Source: Myxococcales bacterium
Lineage (GTDB): Bacteria > Myxococcota_A > Polyangia > Polyangiales > DASUME01
Direction of reading: 5' to 3'
DNA length: 64,000 bases
NCBI GenBank assembly: GCA_047601445.1
Contig: JASGJH010000001.1
Span: 5,952,001-6,016,000, forward strand
The notes below the pieces were generated by a model. That model did no database searches. It worked only from the letters and a program-made list of their open reading frames with translations, and was not told where the DNA came from. Both the position numbers and the translations under genes were made by a program. This document shows positions 39,289 through 54,825 of this stretch, one piece after another; the first letter of the stretch is position 1; each line of letters opens with the position of its first letter.

Positions 39289-39939
39289 GTGCGCATTCCA
39301 CAACCTCCGCTGAGCGAGCTCGAGACCCAGGAGCTCACCGAACTCCTGGACCAAGTGGCCGGGCGAACCCTGATCTTTGCCCGCGGCGTGTTCGCAGCGG
39401 TGGCCACGGCGCCAGTGGCGCTCGATCCCACCGAGTGGTTGCCACTCCTCCTGGCTCAGACACCCCCCGATCGCGCGTCGCTGCAGCGACTGTTCGAACT
39501 CCTGGTGCGCGAGGCCAGCGCGTGCGCGGAGTGCCTGGCGCTCGGGGTCCCCGCGGTTCCGAGTCCGGACCAGGCCGATGAAGTCGTCGAGTTTTGTAAG
39601 GGGTACGTGCGCTTGATGCAGAGTGTCACGCGCTGGACCCGCGACGCGCAGGCCTTCGAGTTCAGCGTTCCCTTTGCCGTGATGGCGGGCTACGTGGGTC
39701 TGGATGCGCTGCGCAGCTTCGAGCCCGAGGCGGCGCAAGATCCGGACGCCTGGCGCGCGCGACACAACGCGAGTTTGTCGGACGACGTGGCCAAGCTCTA
39801 CGCGTACTGGGCCGAAGCTCGCGCCGAGCCCGCGCCAGCGCCACAGGCCAGCCCGCCGGTGCCGGAGGATAAGGTCGGGCGCAACGACCCATGCCCCTGC
39901 GGCAGCGGCAAGAAGTTCAAGAAGTGCTGCATGAGCTGA
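39289..39939 (+). CDS. YecA/UPF0149 family protein with SEC-C motif
   Basis: ARGVFAAVATAP..LDPTEWL, FCKGY and KVGRNDPCPCGSGKKFKKCC. Confidence 0.85.
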   Translation: MRIPQPPLSELETQELTELLDQVAGRTLIFARGVFAAVATAPVALDPTEWLPLLLAQTPPDRASLQRLFELLVREASACAECLALGVPAVPSPDQADEVVEFCKGYVRLMQSVTRWTRDAQAFEFSVPFAVMAGYVGLDALRSFEPEAAQDPDAWRARHNASLSDDVAKLYAYWAEARAEPAPAPQASPPVPEDKVGRNDPCPCGSGKKFKKCCMS

Positions 39940-40155
39940 GTGTGGTCCGCGCGGCCCGTTCGTGAGCGCAAGCGTGCGCGCGCGCGTCCCCGTGTTCGTT
40001 TGCAGCGCTGTGCACGCGAGTTCGCCCCTGCGGCCCGTCAACGACGCTCGCTCACGCACGCCTGCCAGCTCGTGATTCGCAGCCGCAGCCGTGCCGCGCG
40101 GCCCCACGCCTCACACACTGAAACGAAGACGCAAACGCGTCGCGGGAGGCGAGCA

Positions 40156-40794
40156 ATGAACACGAGCGTCGTCGGTTGGGGGCTGGTGCTGGGCTTGGGT
40201 TTGGGTGCGGCCGGTTGCGCGCACCACGGGCAGCGACCTCACTCCACCATCAGCTTCATTGGCAACGCGGATCCCAACAAGGTGCCGACCGATCCGGCGG
40301 ATGATCACTTGGGCTTCGTCAGGGTTTACGACAAGGCGGCCATGCTCAATCACACCGCCGCGGCGTGGGCGAACGAGAACCGCTACGGTCAACCCAACAT
40401 GGCTGGACCCAACGCGGCCGCGCGGGCCAAGGCCGAGCGCCTGGCGCGCGCCGAGCTTGCGACGTGCGATCGCACCGTCTACTTCGAGAGCGGCTCCGCG
40501 GTCCTCAGCCCGACGTCGGAGAACAAGCTACGTCAGGTCGCCCTCTGCATGTCTAAGGCCGGCGGGCGTGCCACCATCGTGGGCCGCACCGATCCCCAGG
40601 GCGGCAGCGCCGAGAACCTCAGTCTGGGCGCTGCGCGAGCCAACGCGGTCGCCGCGTACCTCGAGTCGATCGGGGTCTCCCCGAGCGAGGTCGGGCGGGT
40701 GTCGCTCGGCGACTCGGGATCCACGGCGAGAGTCGAGGCGTGGCCGGCGGAGCGACAGGCCCACGTGGGCGTCACTTCACGACGCGGCAACTGA
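40156..40794 (+). CDS. OmpA/Pal-family peptidoglycan-binding lipoprotein
   Basis: AAGC lipobox; VYFESGS, IVGRTD..G....NLSLGAARANAV. Confidence 0.85.
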   Translation: MNTSVVGWGLVLGLGLGAAGCAHHGQRPHSTISFIGNADPNKVPTDPADDHLGFVRVYDKAAMLNHTAAAWANENRYGQPNMAGPNAAARAKAERLARAELATCDRTVYFESGSAVLSPTSENKLRQVALCMSKAGGRATIVGRTDPQGGSAENLSLGAARANAVAAYLESIGVSPSEVGRVSLGDSGSTARVEAWPAERQAHVGVTSRRGN

Positions 40795-40845
40795 GGCGAG
40801 CGCGCCCGCGCGCGCGGATGCGCTCAGCCCCGCCAATGCGGCCGC

Positions 40846-43476
<2,631 letters not shown>

Positions 43477-43645
43477 CCGCTTCCTCCCCTGGTTGGGTCC
43501 ATCGTCGTGGGTACGTCGCCGCGGGCGCGCTGCCCGCACAGATGTGGTTGGCGTGCTTCGACGACCCCAGCCCCGCCAAAAAACAGTGTCAAGGTAAGCA
43601 TGCCTTTTGCGCCGTCAATGCCGGCTTCGCTGTAAGATAGCGCCC

Positions 43646-45661
43646 GTGCAGGGTTCTTTGACTGCTCTTGCTTCTGGGAAGGAACTGACGGGCGAAACCG
43701 CCCGCTTCGACGTGAAAGCGTCCGCGCCGGCTTGGTTACCCTGGCTCGCGGGCGGGGTCCCTTTGGCCTTTTTTGTGGCCACTGCCACAGCTCACGGCGG
43801 CTTTTTCGAGGAAGGGGCGCTGATTGCGGCGGCCCAGTCCCTGGGCGTGGCCCATCCTCCCGGTGGCTTGCTCACGACCCTGTGGTCGGCCGTGTTCGCT
43901 CAGCTGCCCATCGGCCCACTGTCCTTTCGCGTGTCGATCGGAGCGGCTGTGTGCGCCGCCGGTTTGCTGGCCATGTTCGCGCGCGCCGTGTTCTTCAGCC
44001 TGATCGGTGCGGGAGTGCGCGATGCACGCCGGGCCGCGCCCCTCGCGCTGGCCTCGGCCTGGTTCGTGGGGCAGGCCCCGATGTTCTGGCTGCAGGCCGT
44101 GCGGCCCAACGTGTTCGCGCTGCAGTTCTTGCTTTCCCTCGTGATGGTCGAGGCCCTGGTGCGCTTCGAGTTGAGCGAGCCCACGGAGGACACGCGCCTG
44201 CTGTACTTCGCGGCCTTCGTGCAGGGCTTGAGCTTTGCCAATCACCACGTGTACGCGTTGTGGATGCTGTCGGCCGCTGCGCCCACGCTGGGCCGCGTGT
44301 TCGCGCGTCGGGGCTTCGTGGGCATGATGGGTCACGTGGCGTTTCCGATCCTGGGCTTCTCGGCTTCCGCCTACCTCCCCATCCGCGCCAGCCAACGTCC
44401 CTCCTCGGACTTCGGCGATCCTGGAACGCTCGGGAATCTCTACTGGTACCTCAACGAGGACCCCTGGTGGGGGCCCGCGCACGCGGCGCCGCGCTCGGCC
44501 TGGGCCGACCTCGCTCACGGCCTGGGCGGTGCCCACGCGTGGCCCTTCGTGGTGGCGTCCGTGTTGGCGCTGGTGGCGGTTTGGTTTGCCCTGACGGCGC
44601 GGGCGTTTCGGCGTTTCGCGTTGCTCTGGCTGTTGGTGTTGAGCGTGCCGTTCTGCAGCGTGGCTTGGTTGTTGAAGCCGCAAGTGCTCGCCGATGCCTG
44701 GGGCAGCCTCCTGCCGTGCGCGCTCGGACTGGTCGCGCTGGCCAGCGTGGCGTTCGGCCTGTTGCTCGAGCGTGTCTTGGTGCGCTCGACCGCGGTCCGT
44801 CCATCGACGAGCTCAGCCGCCGACTCGGAGCCGTCCACCGTCCCACGGCGGCCGCTCGGTTCCGCGGCGCTCTTCTCTGCGCGCGGTTCCGCCGCGACAC
44901 TGGGGCCCTTTTGGGTCCTTGCCTGCGTGGCCGGGCTCGCGTTCTTTAGCGGGGCGGAGCAGCGCGCGGCCGCCCTGGTGCAGCCCGACCGCATCGACGA
45001 GATCGCGCGGCGCGAGCTGCCCACGCGTGCCGTGCTCTTGAGCTACGACGCCGCCACGGCCTTTCGTCACCTGGGGGCCGAGGCCGAAGAGCAACTACGC
45101 GCCGACCTGGTGCTGGTACCACTTTCGTGGCTGCACTTCCCCGGTCTCGTGGACGGCCTGGTGGATGCCCACCCGGAGCTGCGGGCGCTGTTGAGCGAGC
45201 ACCTGATGAGCAAGCGACTCACCTTGGACAAGTTGCAGTCCCTGAGCGTCACGCGCCCTGTCTTGCTCGAGTTGTCCGAGCAGGTGCCGGGCAGCATCTA
45301 CAACACGCTCATCTCCGACCCTTGGTTTCAGCGCGTCTTGCCCGACGGTGCCACCTTGTCCGATAGTCAGAGCGCGGCCAGCGCGCACTTCGCCGCCCTC
45401 TCGAGGCTCTCCCTCGACATGGGCGGAAGTGAGGCCTTGCCGCTCGCCCTGCGCGAGCAGCTCCAGTTCGAGCTCGCCCGCATGCACTTCTTTCACGGCC
45501 TCCTCGCGGCTTCCCACGCGGACCTCGCCAATGCCCACGAGAGCGTCTTGCTCGGGCTGCGCGCGTCGCCTGATGATCCGGCGCTGCTGCGCCTCGAGAA
45601 GCAGCTACCCGCCAAGGGGCGCTTGTCCGCGGACAGCGTGCTGGAGCCGCTCACACCCTGA
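43646..45661 (+). CDS. DUF2723/TMEM260-like GT-C membrane glycosyltransferase
   Basis: LGVAHPPG, FWLQA, GLSFANHH, YLPIRA and many TM helices. Confidence 0.8.
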   Translation: MQGSLTALASGKELTGETARFDVKASAPAWLPWLAGGVPLAFFVATATAHGGFFEEGALIAAAQSLGVAHPPGGLLTTLWSAVFAQLPIGPLSFRVSIGAAVCAAGLLAMFARAVFFSLIGAGVRDARRAAPLALASAWFVGQAPMFWLQAVRPNVFALQFLLSLVMVEALVRFELSEPTEDTRLLYFAAFVQGLSFANHHVYALWMLSAAAPTLGRVFARRGFVGMMGHVAFPILGFSASAYLPIRASQRPSSDFGDPGTLGNLYWYLNEDPWWGPAHAAPRSAWADLAHGLGGAHAWPFVVASVLALVAVWFALTARAFRRFALLWLLVLSVPFCSVAWLLKPQVLADAWGSLLPCALGLVALASVAFGLLLERVLVRSTAVRPSTSSAADSEPSTVPRRPLGSAALFSARGSAATLGPFWVLACVAGLAFFSGAEQRAAALVQPDRIDEIARRELPTRAVLLSYDAATAFRHLGAEAEEQLRADLVLVPLSWLHFPGLVDGLVDAHPELRALLSEHLMSKRLTLDKLQSLSVTRPVLLELSEQVPGSIYNTLISDPWFQRVLPDGATLSDSQSAASAHFAALSRLSLDMGGSEALPLALREQLQFELARMHFFHGLLAASHADLANAHESVLLGLRASPDDPALLRLEKQLPAKGRLSADSVLEPLTP

Positions 45662-45685
45662 GGCTGTACAGCACCGAGGTCTCGC

Positions 45686-46429
45686 TCAGAACGTGAGCCG
45701 CACCTGGAGGAACGGGGACAGGCCGTAGCCCACCGAGAGGTCGCGGCGGCAGTTGCAGTTCTCCGGCGCGCTCGAGCCGTTTTGGCGACTGGCCGTGCGC
45801 AGATAGCTGGCGCGGGCGAAATAGGTCTCGAAGCGCAGGTACAGATTGGGCAAGAGAGCGTGCTCGAGCACCAGGCCCAGCCGCGCGTCGTAGCCCTTGG
45901 AGACGGCGTCGACGGTGGTGGGCTCGGACGCTTGGCCCGCGCTGGAGTAGGTCGTCGAGGGGATTCCCTTGCTCATGGTCTTGTGTGCCCCCAGCGTGAG
46001 CAGCGGCGACACTTCGACCACCCCACCCGGGTTGAGCACGCAACGCACGCCCGCTGAGCCGCTCAGCATCCAGGTACTCTCCGGACCGTCTCGGACCACA
46101 CCACCGTCCACGGTGACCGTGTTGGGCGAGTTGTTGCTCTCCGTGAGGCGCTTGTCATAGGTGCCGGCGATGCCGAGGACGACGCGCCAGCGCGGGGACG
46201 CCGCGACCTCGAACAACGAGCTACCGATGGGCGTGCGCGAGCCCGCGTAGCGGCCCGAAGTGGCGTTGTAGACCTCGCCCAGGCCCCCGAAGCCGACCCC
46301 CGCACCCACCGAGAAACGGGCCAGGGGTGGCGGTCCGGGGTCGGGAGGCGTGACCTTGGCTTCCTGTGCACGCGCCGGAGAGAGCGCGAACAGGACACCC
46401 AGGATCAGACCAAGACGACCGAGATTCAT
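45686..46429 (-). CDS. Putative outer-membrane beta-barrel protein
   Basis: Signal peptide ending ARA, amphipathic strands and terminal QVRLTF. Confidence 0.65.
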   Translation of the reverse strand: MNLGRLGLILGVLFALSPARAQEAKVTPPDPGPPPLARFSVGAGVGFGGLGEVYNATSGRYAGSRTPIGSSLFEVAASPRWRVVLGIAGTYDKRLTESNNSPNTVTVDGGVVRDGPESTWMLSGSAGVRCVLNPGGVVEVSPLLTLGAHKTMSKGIPSTTYSSAGQASEPTTVDAVSKGYDARLGLVLEHALLPNLYLRFETYFARASYLRTASRQNGSSAPENCNCRRDLSVGYGLSPFLQVRLTF

Positions 46430-46498
46430 CACGCGGCGCATGATGCGCGATCGCGGCCGCTGTGGTCCAGAGCTTCACCCCGACCCCGAGCGCAGGAG

Positions 46499-48421
<1,923 letters not shown>

Positions 48422-48651
48422 TTCCATTCTCCTAGGCAAGCTGAAGTCCCATAGAGGGTTTGGCCTGGAGAGGTCAAGCCTGGTGCGCAGCGCGTGGCTC
48501 CAGAGGGTCCACGAAGGACCTCCGAGCGCACCAAGGGGTGAGTTCTGGCTGGAATTGCCGCGCGGACGCGAGCGGCGAGTCAACTCGGAGTACTCGGGGG
48601 TCAATCGCCCCTTCAGAAGCAAAGCACCCCACGAGCTCCCGTCTCTGGGGT

Positions 48652-48719
48652 CGTACGCGTGCCCGTGCCCGTGCCCGTACGCGGATTCTCCCCGGAGATC
48701 GTGCACGGGCACGCGTACG
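48652..48719. repeat. 17-bp-stem palindrome with GCCCGT repeats downstream of the acyl-CoA dehydrogenase
   Basis: CGTACGCGTGCCCGTGC (48652-48668) pairs with GCACGGGCACGCGTACG (48703-48719). Confidence 0.7.
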
Positions 48720-48739
48720 TGGAGGTTCGTTGGACCCGC

Positions 48740-49900
48740 CTACAAGAAGCGCCCAATGAGCTCTTTCATGATTTCGTTGGTGCCCCCGTAGATGCGCTGC
48801 ACGCGGCTATCACGCCACATGCGCGAGATGGGGTACTCGTCCATGTAGCCGTAGCCGCCGTGCAATTGCAGGCACAGGTCGGCTACCTCGAACTGCTTGT
48901 CCGTGGTCCAGTACTTGGCCATCGCGCCGGTGACCGCGTCGAGCTTCTTCTCCAGCAACAGCTCCGTGCAGCGCTCCACGAACACGCGCCCAATGGCCGT
49001 TTCCGTCTGTGCCTCGGCCAGCTTGAAGCGCGTGTTCTGGAAGTCGAAGACCCGCTTCCCGAAGGCCTTGCGCTCCTTCACGTAGGTCAGCGTGTGCTCG
49101 AGCATGATCTCCATGCACGCCACCGCCGTGATCGCCACGATCAGCCGCTCCTGCGGCAGCTGCTGCATGAGCTGCACGAAGCCCATGCCCTCCATGGGCC
49201 CGAGCAGGTTCTCCTTGGGCACCCGCACGCCCTCGAAGAAGAGCTCCGAGGTGTCCTGCCCGTGCATGCCCACCTTCTCCAGGTTGCGCCCACGTCGGAA
49301 GCCCTCCGTGCCCTCGGTCTCCACCACCAACAGCGACACGCCCGCGCCCTTCTTGGTGGGATCGGTCTTGGCCGCCACGATGATCAGGTTGGCTTGCTGG
49401 CCGTTGGTGATGAACGTCTTCTGACCCTCGAGCACGTAGTGGTCGCCCTCTGGCTTGGCCACGGTGGCCACCGCTTGCAGGTCGGAGCCCGTGCCCGGCT
49501 CGGTCATCGCGATGGCGCTCACGAGTTCGCCCGTGGCCATCTTGGGCAGCCAGCGGCGCTTCTGCTCCTCCGTGCCGTATGACAGGATGTAGTGGGCCAC
49601 GATGCCGCTGTGCAACGACGCGCCGAACGAGCTGCACAGGATGCGCGCCTGCTCCTCGATCAACACCTTCTCGTAGCCGAAATGCCCGCCGCCGCCGCCG
49701 TACTCCTCGGGAATGGAGGCGCACAACAGACCTTGCTGACCGGCCTTGAACCAGAGCTCGCGGTCCACGTGCCCCTGATCGTCCCAGCGCTTGAGGTGCG
49801 GCTTGCACTCGGCCTCGAAGAACTTGCGCGCCGATTCGCGGAAGATCTTGAGCTCCTCGGACTCGTAGGAGCCGTGCGAGAGGTTCGGATTGTTAGGCAT
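48740..49900 (-). CDS. Acyl-CoA dehydrogenase (long-chain type)
   Basis: IAMTEPGTGSDL, GQKTFITNG, QDTSELFF, LQLHGGYGYM and IYGGTNEIM. Confidence 0.95.
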   Translation of the reverse strand: MPNNPNLSHGSYESEELKIFRESARKFFEAECKPHLKRWDDQGHVDRELWFKAGQQGLLCASIPEEYGGGGGHFGYEKVLIEEQARILCSSFGASLHSGIVAHYILSYGTEEQKRRWLPKMATGELVSAIAMTEPGTGSDLQAVATVAKPEGDHYVLEGQKTFITNGQQANLIIVAAKTDPTKKGAGVSLLVVETEGTEGFRRGRNLEKVGMHGQDTSELFFEGVRVPKENLLGPMEGMGFVQLMQQLPQERLIVAITAVACMEIMLEHTLTYVKERKAFGKRVFDFQNTRFKLAEAQTETAIGRVFVERCTELLLEKKLDAVTGAMAKYWTTDKQFEVADLCLQLHGGYGYMDEYPISRMWRDSRVQRIYGGTNEIMKELIGRFL

Positions 49901-52028
49901 GGAAGGTCTCTCCCTTGGCTGCCATCTCCACCAACACGTTGGCCGGCGCGAAGCGCTCGCCGTACTTTCGCGCGAGCTCGCGTGCCCGCTCCACGAAGCG
50001 TGCCACGCCGTAGCTATTGATGAACTGCAGCGCGCCGCCGTGGAAGGGCGCAAAGCCCCAACCGAAGATGGAACCCACGTTGGCGTCCGCCACCGAGCGC
50101 ACTACGCCCTCCGCGAAACACTTGGCGGCCTCGTTGGCTTGGGCAAACAGCAGGCGATCCACCATGTCCGTTTGTGCGTAGGCGGGCTCGGACGAGCCGA
50201 AGTGCTCTCTCAAGCCCGGCCACAGACGCTTCTGGGCTCCCTCCGGATAGTCATAGAAGCCCTGCTTCTCCTTCTTTCCGGGGCGCTTGAGCTCCTCCAC
50301 CATCTTGCCCACCACGAGCGAGCCCGGGTGTCGCATCACCGCGCTGCCCGTGCGTTCGGCGTCCTTCTGGTTCTGACGCTCGATGCGCCAGGCCGTTCCC
50401 AGGTTGACCTCGTCGAGCAACGCGAGCGGTCCCACGGGCATGCCCGCCTTGAGTCCTGCGGCCTCGATGGAGCGCGGATGTTGGCCCTCGGCCAACAGCG
50501 CCGCGCCCTCCATCACGTAGGTGGCGAACACGCGCGAGGTGTAGAAGCCCCGCGAGTCGCGCACCACGATGGGTGTCTTGTTGATCTGACGCACGAAGTC
50601 GAAGCCGCGCGCCAGCGTCTCGGGCGCGGTCTGCTCACCCACGATGATCTCCACCAGCTCCATCTTGTCCACCGGCGAGAAGAAATGGAGACCGATGAAC
50701 TTCGCAGGCCGCACGCTGGCCTCGGCCAGCCCCGTGATGGGCAATGTGGAGGTGTTGGAGGCGAACACGGCCTCCGGGCTCAGGCGTGCCTCGGCGCGCT
50801 TGGTGACGTCCGCCTTGATGGTGCGATCCTCGAACACCGCCTCCACCACGAGGTCGCAGCCGTCGAGATCTTCGTAGCGCGTGGTGGCCAGGATGCGTCC
50901 CAGCAAGGTCGCCTTGCCCTCGGCTGTCTGGCGACCCTTCTTGATCGCGCCGTCGAGCAGGTTGGCCGAGTACTCCTTGCCCTTATCTGCCTGCTCTTGT
51001 GTGGCGTCGAGCAGCACCACCTGGATGTTGGCCTTGGCCGCCACGTAGGCGATGCCGGCGCCCATCATGCCAGCGCCCAGAATGCCGAGTTTCTTCACCT
51101 GAGCGCGGTCGATTCCCTCGGGGCGTGAGCGCCCCTTTTGCACGCTTTGCAGCTGGAACCACAGGGTGGTGATGAGATTCTTGGAGACCGGCGAGATGAC
51201 GCACTGGGCGAAGTAGCGACTCTCCAACGTGAGGGCCGCGTCGAAGTCCACCAGGCCGCCTTCGTACACGCAGGCGAGGATCAAGATGGGCGCGGGGTAG
51301 TTGCCGTGGGTCTTGTCGTTGGTCACCGAAGGCGCCAGCGACATCATCTGGGCCACCTGCGGAGAGCGCGAATCGCCGCCCGGGTACTTGAAGCCCTGCT
51401 TATCCCAGGGCTGCTGTGGCTTCGGATTCTGGTCGATGAAGGCGCGCGCCTTGGCCAACAGCTCCGTCTGATCCTTGGCCAGCTCGTGCACTACACCGAG
51501 ACCCTTCGCCTCGGCCGCCCGCAGTTCCTTGCCCTCGAGCAACAACGGAGCCGCCGCCTGCATGCCGATCAGGCGCGGCAGGCGCTGTGTGCCACCGCCG
51601 CCAGGCAAGAGGCCGAGCTTCACTTCGGGGGTGCCCACGCGCAGGGTCGGTACGTCGAGCGCGACGCGGTAGTGGCAGGCGAGGGCGAGCTCGAGGCCGC
51701 CACCCAATGCCGTTCCGTTGAGGGCCGCTACCACGGGCCGGCCCAGGCGCTCGATGCGCCGCAAGAACGCCTTGTAGGCTTCGGCCAGCTCGAAAGCCTC
51801 CCGCGGATCGTGGATGGCGTACACCTTCTCCAGGTCGGCCCCCACCACGAAGTCCTTCTTGCCCGAGGTGAGGATCACACCGCGGATGGAGGCGTCGCCT
51901 TCGACCCGCTTGAGCGCGGCATCGAGCGGCCCCATCAGCTCGTCGTTGAGGACGTTGGTGGAGCGGCCCGGCATATCGAGCGTGAGCACGGCGATTCCGT
52001 CGTCGCCCTTGTGGAACGTAACACTCAT
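49893..52028 (-). CDS. Multifunctional enoyl-CoA hydratase / 3-hydroxyacyl-CoA dehydrogenase (FadB/FadJ-like)
   Basis: [45 protein letters not shown] and HFFSP. Confidence 0.95.
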   Translation of the reverse strand: MSVTFHKGDDGIAVLTLDMPGRSTNVLNDELMGPLDAALKRVEGDASIRGVILTSGKKDFVVGADLEKVYAIHDPREAFELAEAYKAFLRRIERLGRPVVAALNGTALGGGLELALACHYRVALDVPTLRVGTPEVKLGLLPGGGGTQRLPRLIGMQAAAPLLLEGKELRAAEAKGLGVVHELAKDQTELLAKARAFIDQNPKPQQPWDKQGFKYPGGDSRSPQVAQMMSLAPSVTNDKTHGNYPAPILILACVYEGGLVDFDAALTLESRYFAQCVISPVSKNLITTLWFQLQSVQKGRSRPEGIDRAQVKKLGILGAGMMGAGIAYVAAKANIQVVLLDATQEQADKGKEYSANLLDGAIKKGRQTAEGKATLLGRILATTRYEDLDGCDLVVEAVFEDRTIKADVTKRAEARLSPEAVFASNTSTLPITGLAEASVRPAKFIGLHFFSPVDKMELVEIIVGEQTAPETLARGFDFVRQINKTPIVVRDSRGFYTSRVFATYVMEGAALLAEGQHPRSIEAAGLKAGMPVGPLALLDEVNLGTAWRIERQNQKDAERTGSAVMRHPGSLVVGKMVEELKRPGKKEKQGFYDYPEGAQKRLWPGLREHFGSSEPAYAQTDMVDRLLFAQANEAAKCFAEGVVRSVADANVGSIFGWGFAPFHGGALQFINSYGVARFVERARELARKYGERFAPANVLVEMAAKGETFHA

Positions 52029-53278
52029 GACTGCACCCGCTCGATGATGGTTGCGATGCCCATGCCCCCGCCCACGCACAGCGTGACCAGACCCGTGGCG
52101 AGATCCCTGCGCTCGAGCTCGTCGAGCACCGTGCCCAGCAACATGGCGCCGGTGGCACCCAGCGGATGACCCAGCGCTATCGAGCCGCCGTTTACGTTGA
52201 CCCGATCCAGGTCGACCTCGAGGTCACGCGCGGTCTTCATGGGAACCACCGCGAACGCCTCGTTGATCTCGTAGAGATCGATGTCCGACGGCTGCATCCC
52301 GGCCTTCGCCAGCGCCTTCCGGGAAGCTGGGGTCGGCCCGGTGAGCATGATGGTGGGCTCGCTCCCTACCACTGCGCAGCTCACGATACGCGCGCGCGGC
52401 TTGAGCCCGAGCTGTTCGCCCGCCTGGGCGCTGCCCAACAACACCAGCGCCGCTCCGTCGACGATCCCCGAGCTGTTGCCCGCGTGATGCACGTGCTCGA
52501 TGGACTCGAGTGTCGTGTACTTGCGCAGGGCGGTGGCATCGAAGCCCATCTTGCCGATGGTGGCGAAGGAGGGTGCGAGCGAGCTAAGGCTCTCGAGCGT
52601 GGTCTCGCGGATCAGCTCGTCGTGCTCCAGCACCGAAAGGCCGCTGATGTCACGCACGGGGACGATGGACTTTGCGAAGTAGCCGGCCTTGCGCGCATGG
52701 GCTGCGCGGGCCTGGGAGCGCACCGCATATTCGTCCACATCGCGCCGCGAGAAGCCCTCGAGGGAGGCGATGAGATCCGCGCTGATGCCCTGGGGCACGA
52801 AAGCAGTCTCATGGTTGACCAGTGGGTCCGAGTACCAGGCGCCGCCGTCGCTGCCCATGGTCACGCGCGACATGCTCTCGATGCCGCCCGCCACCACCAG
52901 CTGTTCCTGGCCCGACATCACCTTCATGGCGGCCAGGTTCACCGACTCGAGGCCCGAGGCACAGAAACGACTCTGGGTTACGCCCGGGACACTCTGGTCC
53001 CAGCCCGCGTAGAGCACCGCCGTGCGCGCGATGTCGGCGCCCTGCTCTCCCACCGGCGTCACGCAGCCGAGCACGACGTCGTCTACGCGGCTGGTGTCGA
53101 GCTGGTTGCGATCTCGAAGGCCCACCAACACGTTCTTGAGCAACTGGATCGGTGAGATGCCGTGCAGCTTCCCGTCCTTCTTGCCCTTGCCGCGCGGTGT
53201 GCGGACGGTGTCGTAGACGTAGACCTCTTGCCCACGCCCAGACGAGGTGTAATTCGCTTTACGCGATGCTTCTCCCAT
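52025..53278 (-). CDS. Acetyl-CoA C-acyltransferase (thiolase)
   Basis: [28 protein letters not shown] and LCVGGGMG. Confidence 0.95.
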   Translation of the reverse strand: MGEASRKANYTSSGRGQEVYVYDTVRTPRGKGKKDGKLHGISPIQLLKNVLVGLRDRNQLDTSRVDDVVLGCVTPVGEQGADIARTAVLYAGWDQSVPGVTQSRFCASGLESVNLAAMKVMSGQEQLVVAGGIESMSRVTMGSDGGAWYSDPLVNHETAFVPQGISADLIASLEGFSRRDVDEYAVRSQARAAHARKAGYFAKSIVPVRDISGLSVLEHDELIRETTLESLSSLAPSFATIGKMGFDATALRKYTTLESIEHVHHAGNSSGIVDGAALVLLGSAQAGEQLGLKPRARIVSCAVVGSEPTIMLTGPTPASRKALAKAGMQPSDIDLYEINEAFAVVPMKTARDLEVDLDRVNVNGGSIALGHPLGATGAMLLGTVLDELERRDLATGLVTLCVGGGMGIATIIERVQS

Positions 53279-53300
53279 GCGCTAACAGTAGACTCGGGCC

Positions 53301-53987
53301 ATGCGCAGGAGCAACGGTTCCATCGGGAAAGACTTATTACACGAAGAGCCCAGTGCGGGACGTCCACGACGCAAGCCTCAGAGCTTCGACGTGCGTGATC
53401 TCGCCGGCCTCGATCCCGCGATCCGTCAGCGCATCGAAGCCACGGTGCTCGAGATGTTCTCGGAGCAAGAGTTCCATCGCGTGAACCTCGGTGAACTCGC
53501 GACGAACGCGAAGACATCGCTGCAGACCATCTACAAGTACTACGGCAGCAAAGAGGCCCTGGTGTTCGCCACGCTCGATCGCGAACTCGGCGAGCTGGCC
53601 GCGCGCATGACGGATCACTTGCAGGGCATCGAGAACTACAAGGATCGCCTGCGCAAGGTGTACTGGGTCGTACTCGAGTACTTCGAGCGCAAGCCCAAGG
53701 TGGCCGCGATGATCCACACCTCGATCTACGGCAACACCTGGACCCATGACGTGACCTTCCGTCAGCCCGAGTTGATGTCTGCCTTCATGCGCGTGCTCGC
53801 CGAAGGGCGTGATCAGGGCGTGCTCACCGACGAGGTCGACCAGCGCGTGCTGCTCGACTTCTTCCTGGGCGTGCTCTGGCGTCTGGTGCACATGTATCTC
53901 ACGCGCGGCATGAAGCACCCGCCCACGCAGGAAGCGAACGCGTCGTTCGAGCTCCTATGGCGGGCGCTCGCCAAGCCCTCTCTCTGA
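53301..53987 (+). CDS. TetR/AcrR family regulator divergent from the beta-oxidation operon
   Basis: HTH ending SLQTIYKYYGSKEAL. Confidence 0.9.
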   Translation: MRRSNGSIGKDLLHEEPSAGRPRRKPQSFDVRDLAGLDPAIRQRIEATVLEMFSEQEFHRVNLGELATNAKTSLQTIYKYYGSKEALVFATLDRELGELAARMTDHLQGIENYKDRLRKVYWVVLEYFERKPKVAAMIHTSIYGNTWTHDVTFRQPELMSAFMRVLAEGRDQGVLTDEVDQRVLLDFFLGVLWRLVHMYLTRGMKHPPTQEANASFELLWRALAKPSL

Positions 53988-54049
53988 TTCTCTCTCCTTG
54001 CTCGCCCGACCTCTCGCGCGCCCTTGGCCCGAGTTTGCTCCTTGGGTGG

Positions 54050-54393
54050 GGCCGGCGCTGCGGGGGCGCAGGGACGTGATGGCTGCGAGAGGGCGCTTTG
54101 TCGCTCGTGGGCGGGCGGTTCGATAGGAGTCGGTGGCGTTCGGTCGAGAGAACGCAAAGAGGGCGGTGGGGAAGCACGGGGCTTAGCGAGCTTTTGGGGT
54201 TTTTGGCTCGAGTGAAACTCGAGTGTTCTCGAGCTCGAGTGAGCCCGAAAAAGAGCTCGCTCGAGAGTGCTCGAGTAAAAACAAGCGCCGCGCCGGCTGC
54301 CGAACCGCCACCGACTCTGATCAACGCGCGACCACCGAGCGACAAGGCGCCCTCTCTCCGCCCTCACGCCCCTGCGCCCCCGCAGCGCCGGCC
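54050..54393. repeat. Large imperfect inverted repeat (family B, about 93-bp arms) enclosing a CTCGAG array
   Basis: 54050-54143 matches the reverse complement of 54300-54393, starting with 24 identical bases GGCCGGCGCTGCGGGGGCGCAGGG. Confidence 0.9.
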
Positions 54394-54472
54394 GAGACCG
54401 AGAGAACACGGAGGAGGGACCCGTGAGAAGGTTGGGTGGGTTCTCTTGAGCGAACGCAAGCGGGGGAGAGGG

Positions 54473-54796
54473 TCACCTCTCCAGATGCAGCCCAGCGTCG
54501 CTCCAGTCGGCTTTGCCTCCTTGGTATACGTGGACGCTTTGGTAGCCGAGTTGCTGGAGTAGCGCGGCGGCTGTGTGGGAGTTTCGGCAAGTGTCGCTGG
54601 CGCAGTACACGACGATGGGCACGGCGCGATTGGGGGCGAGGCACGGGGCCAAGTTGCGGGTTTCCTGGTAATCGAGCTGGAGCGCGCCGGGAAGGTGGCC
54701 TTCGCGGTAGTACTTCTCGGGCAGCGCTTCGAGCAGCACGTGAGGGGTGCGGGAGTCGATCAGGGTCTTGAGGTCGTCGCGGCTGATGGTTTGCAT
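54473..54796 (-). CDS. Single-domain rhodanese-like protein
   Basis: GHLPGA, IVVYCASDTC and YQGGKADW. Confidence 0.9.
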   Translation of the reverse strand: MQTISRDDLKTLIDSRTPHVLLEALPEKYYREGHLPGALQLDYQETRNLAPCLAPNRAVPIVVYCASDTCRNSHTAAALLQQLGYQSVHVYQGGKADWSDAGLHLER

Positions 54797-54825
54797 TGGT
54801 GGATCTCCGTGGTGTTGCGTTGAGT

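Noticed and set aside
43480..43640. CIRCE or sigma32 heat-shock element upstream of clpB
   Set aside because: No TTAGCACTC-N9-GAGTGCTAA is present, and the TTGACA hexamer lacks a properly spaced -10 element.
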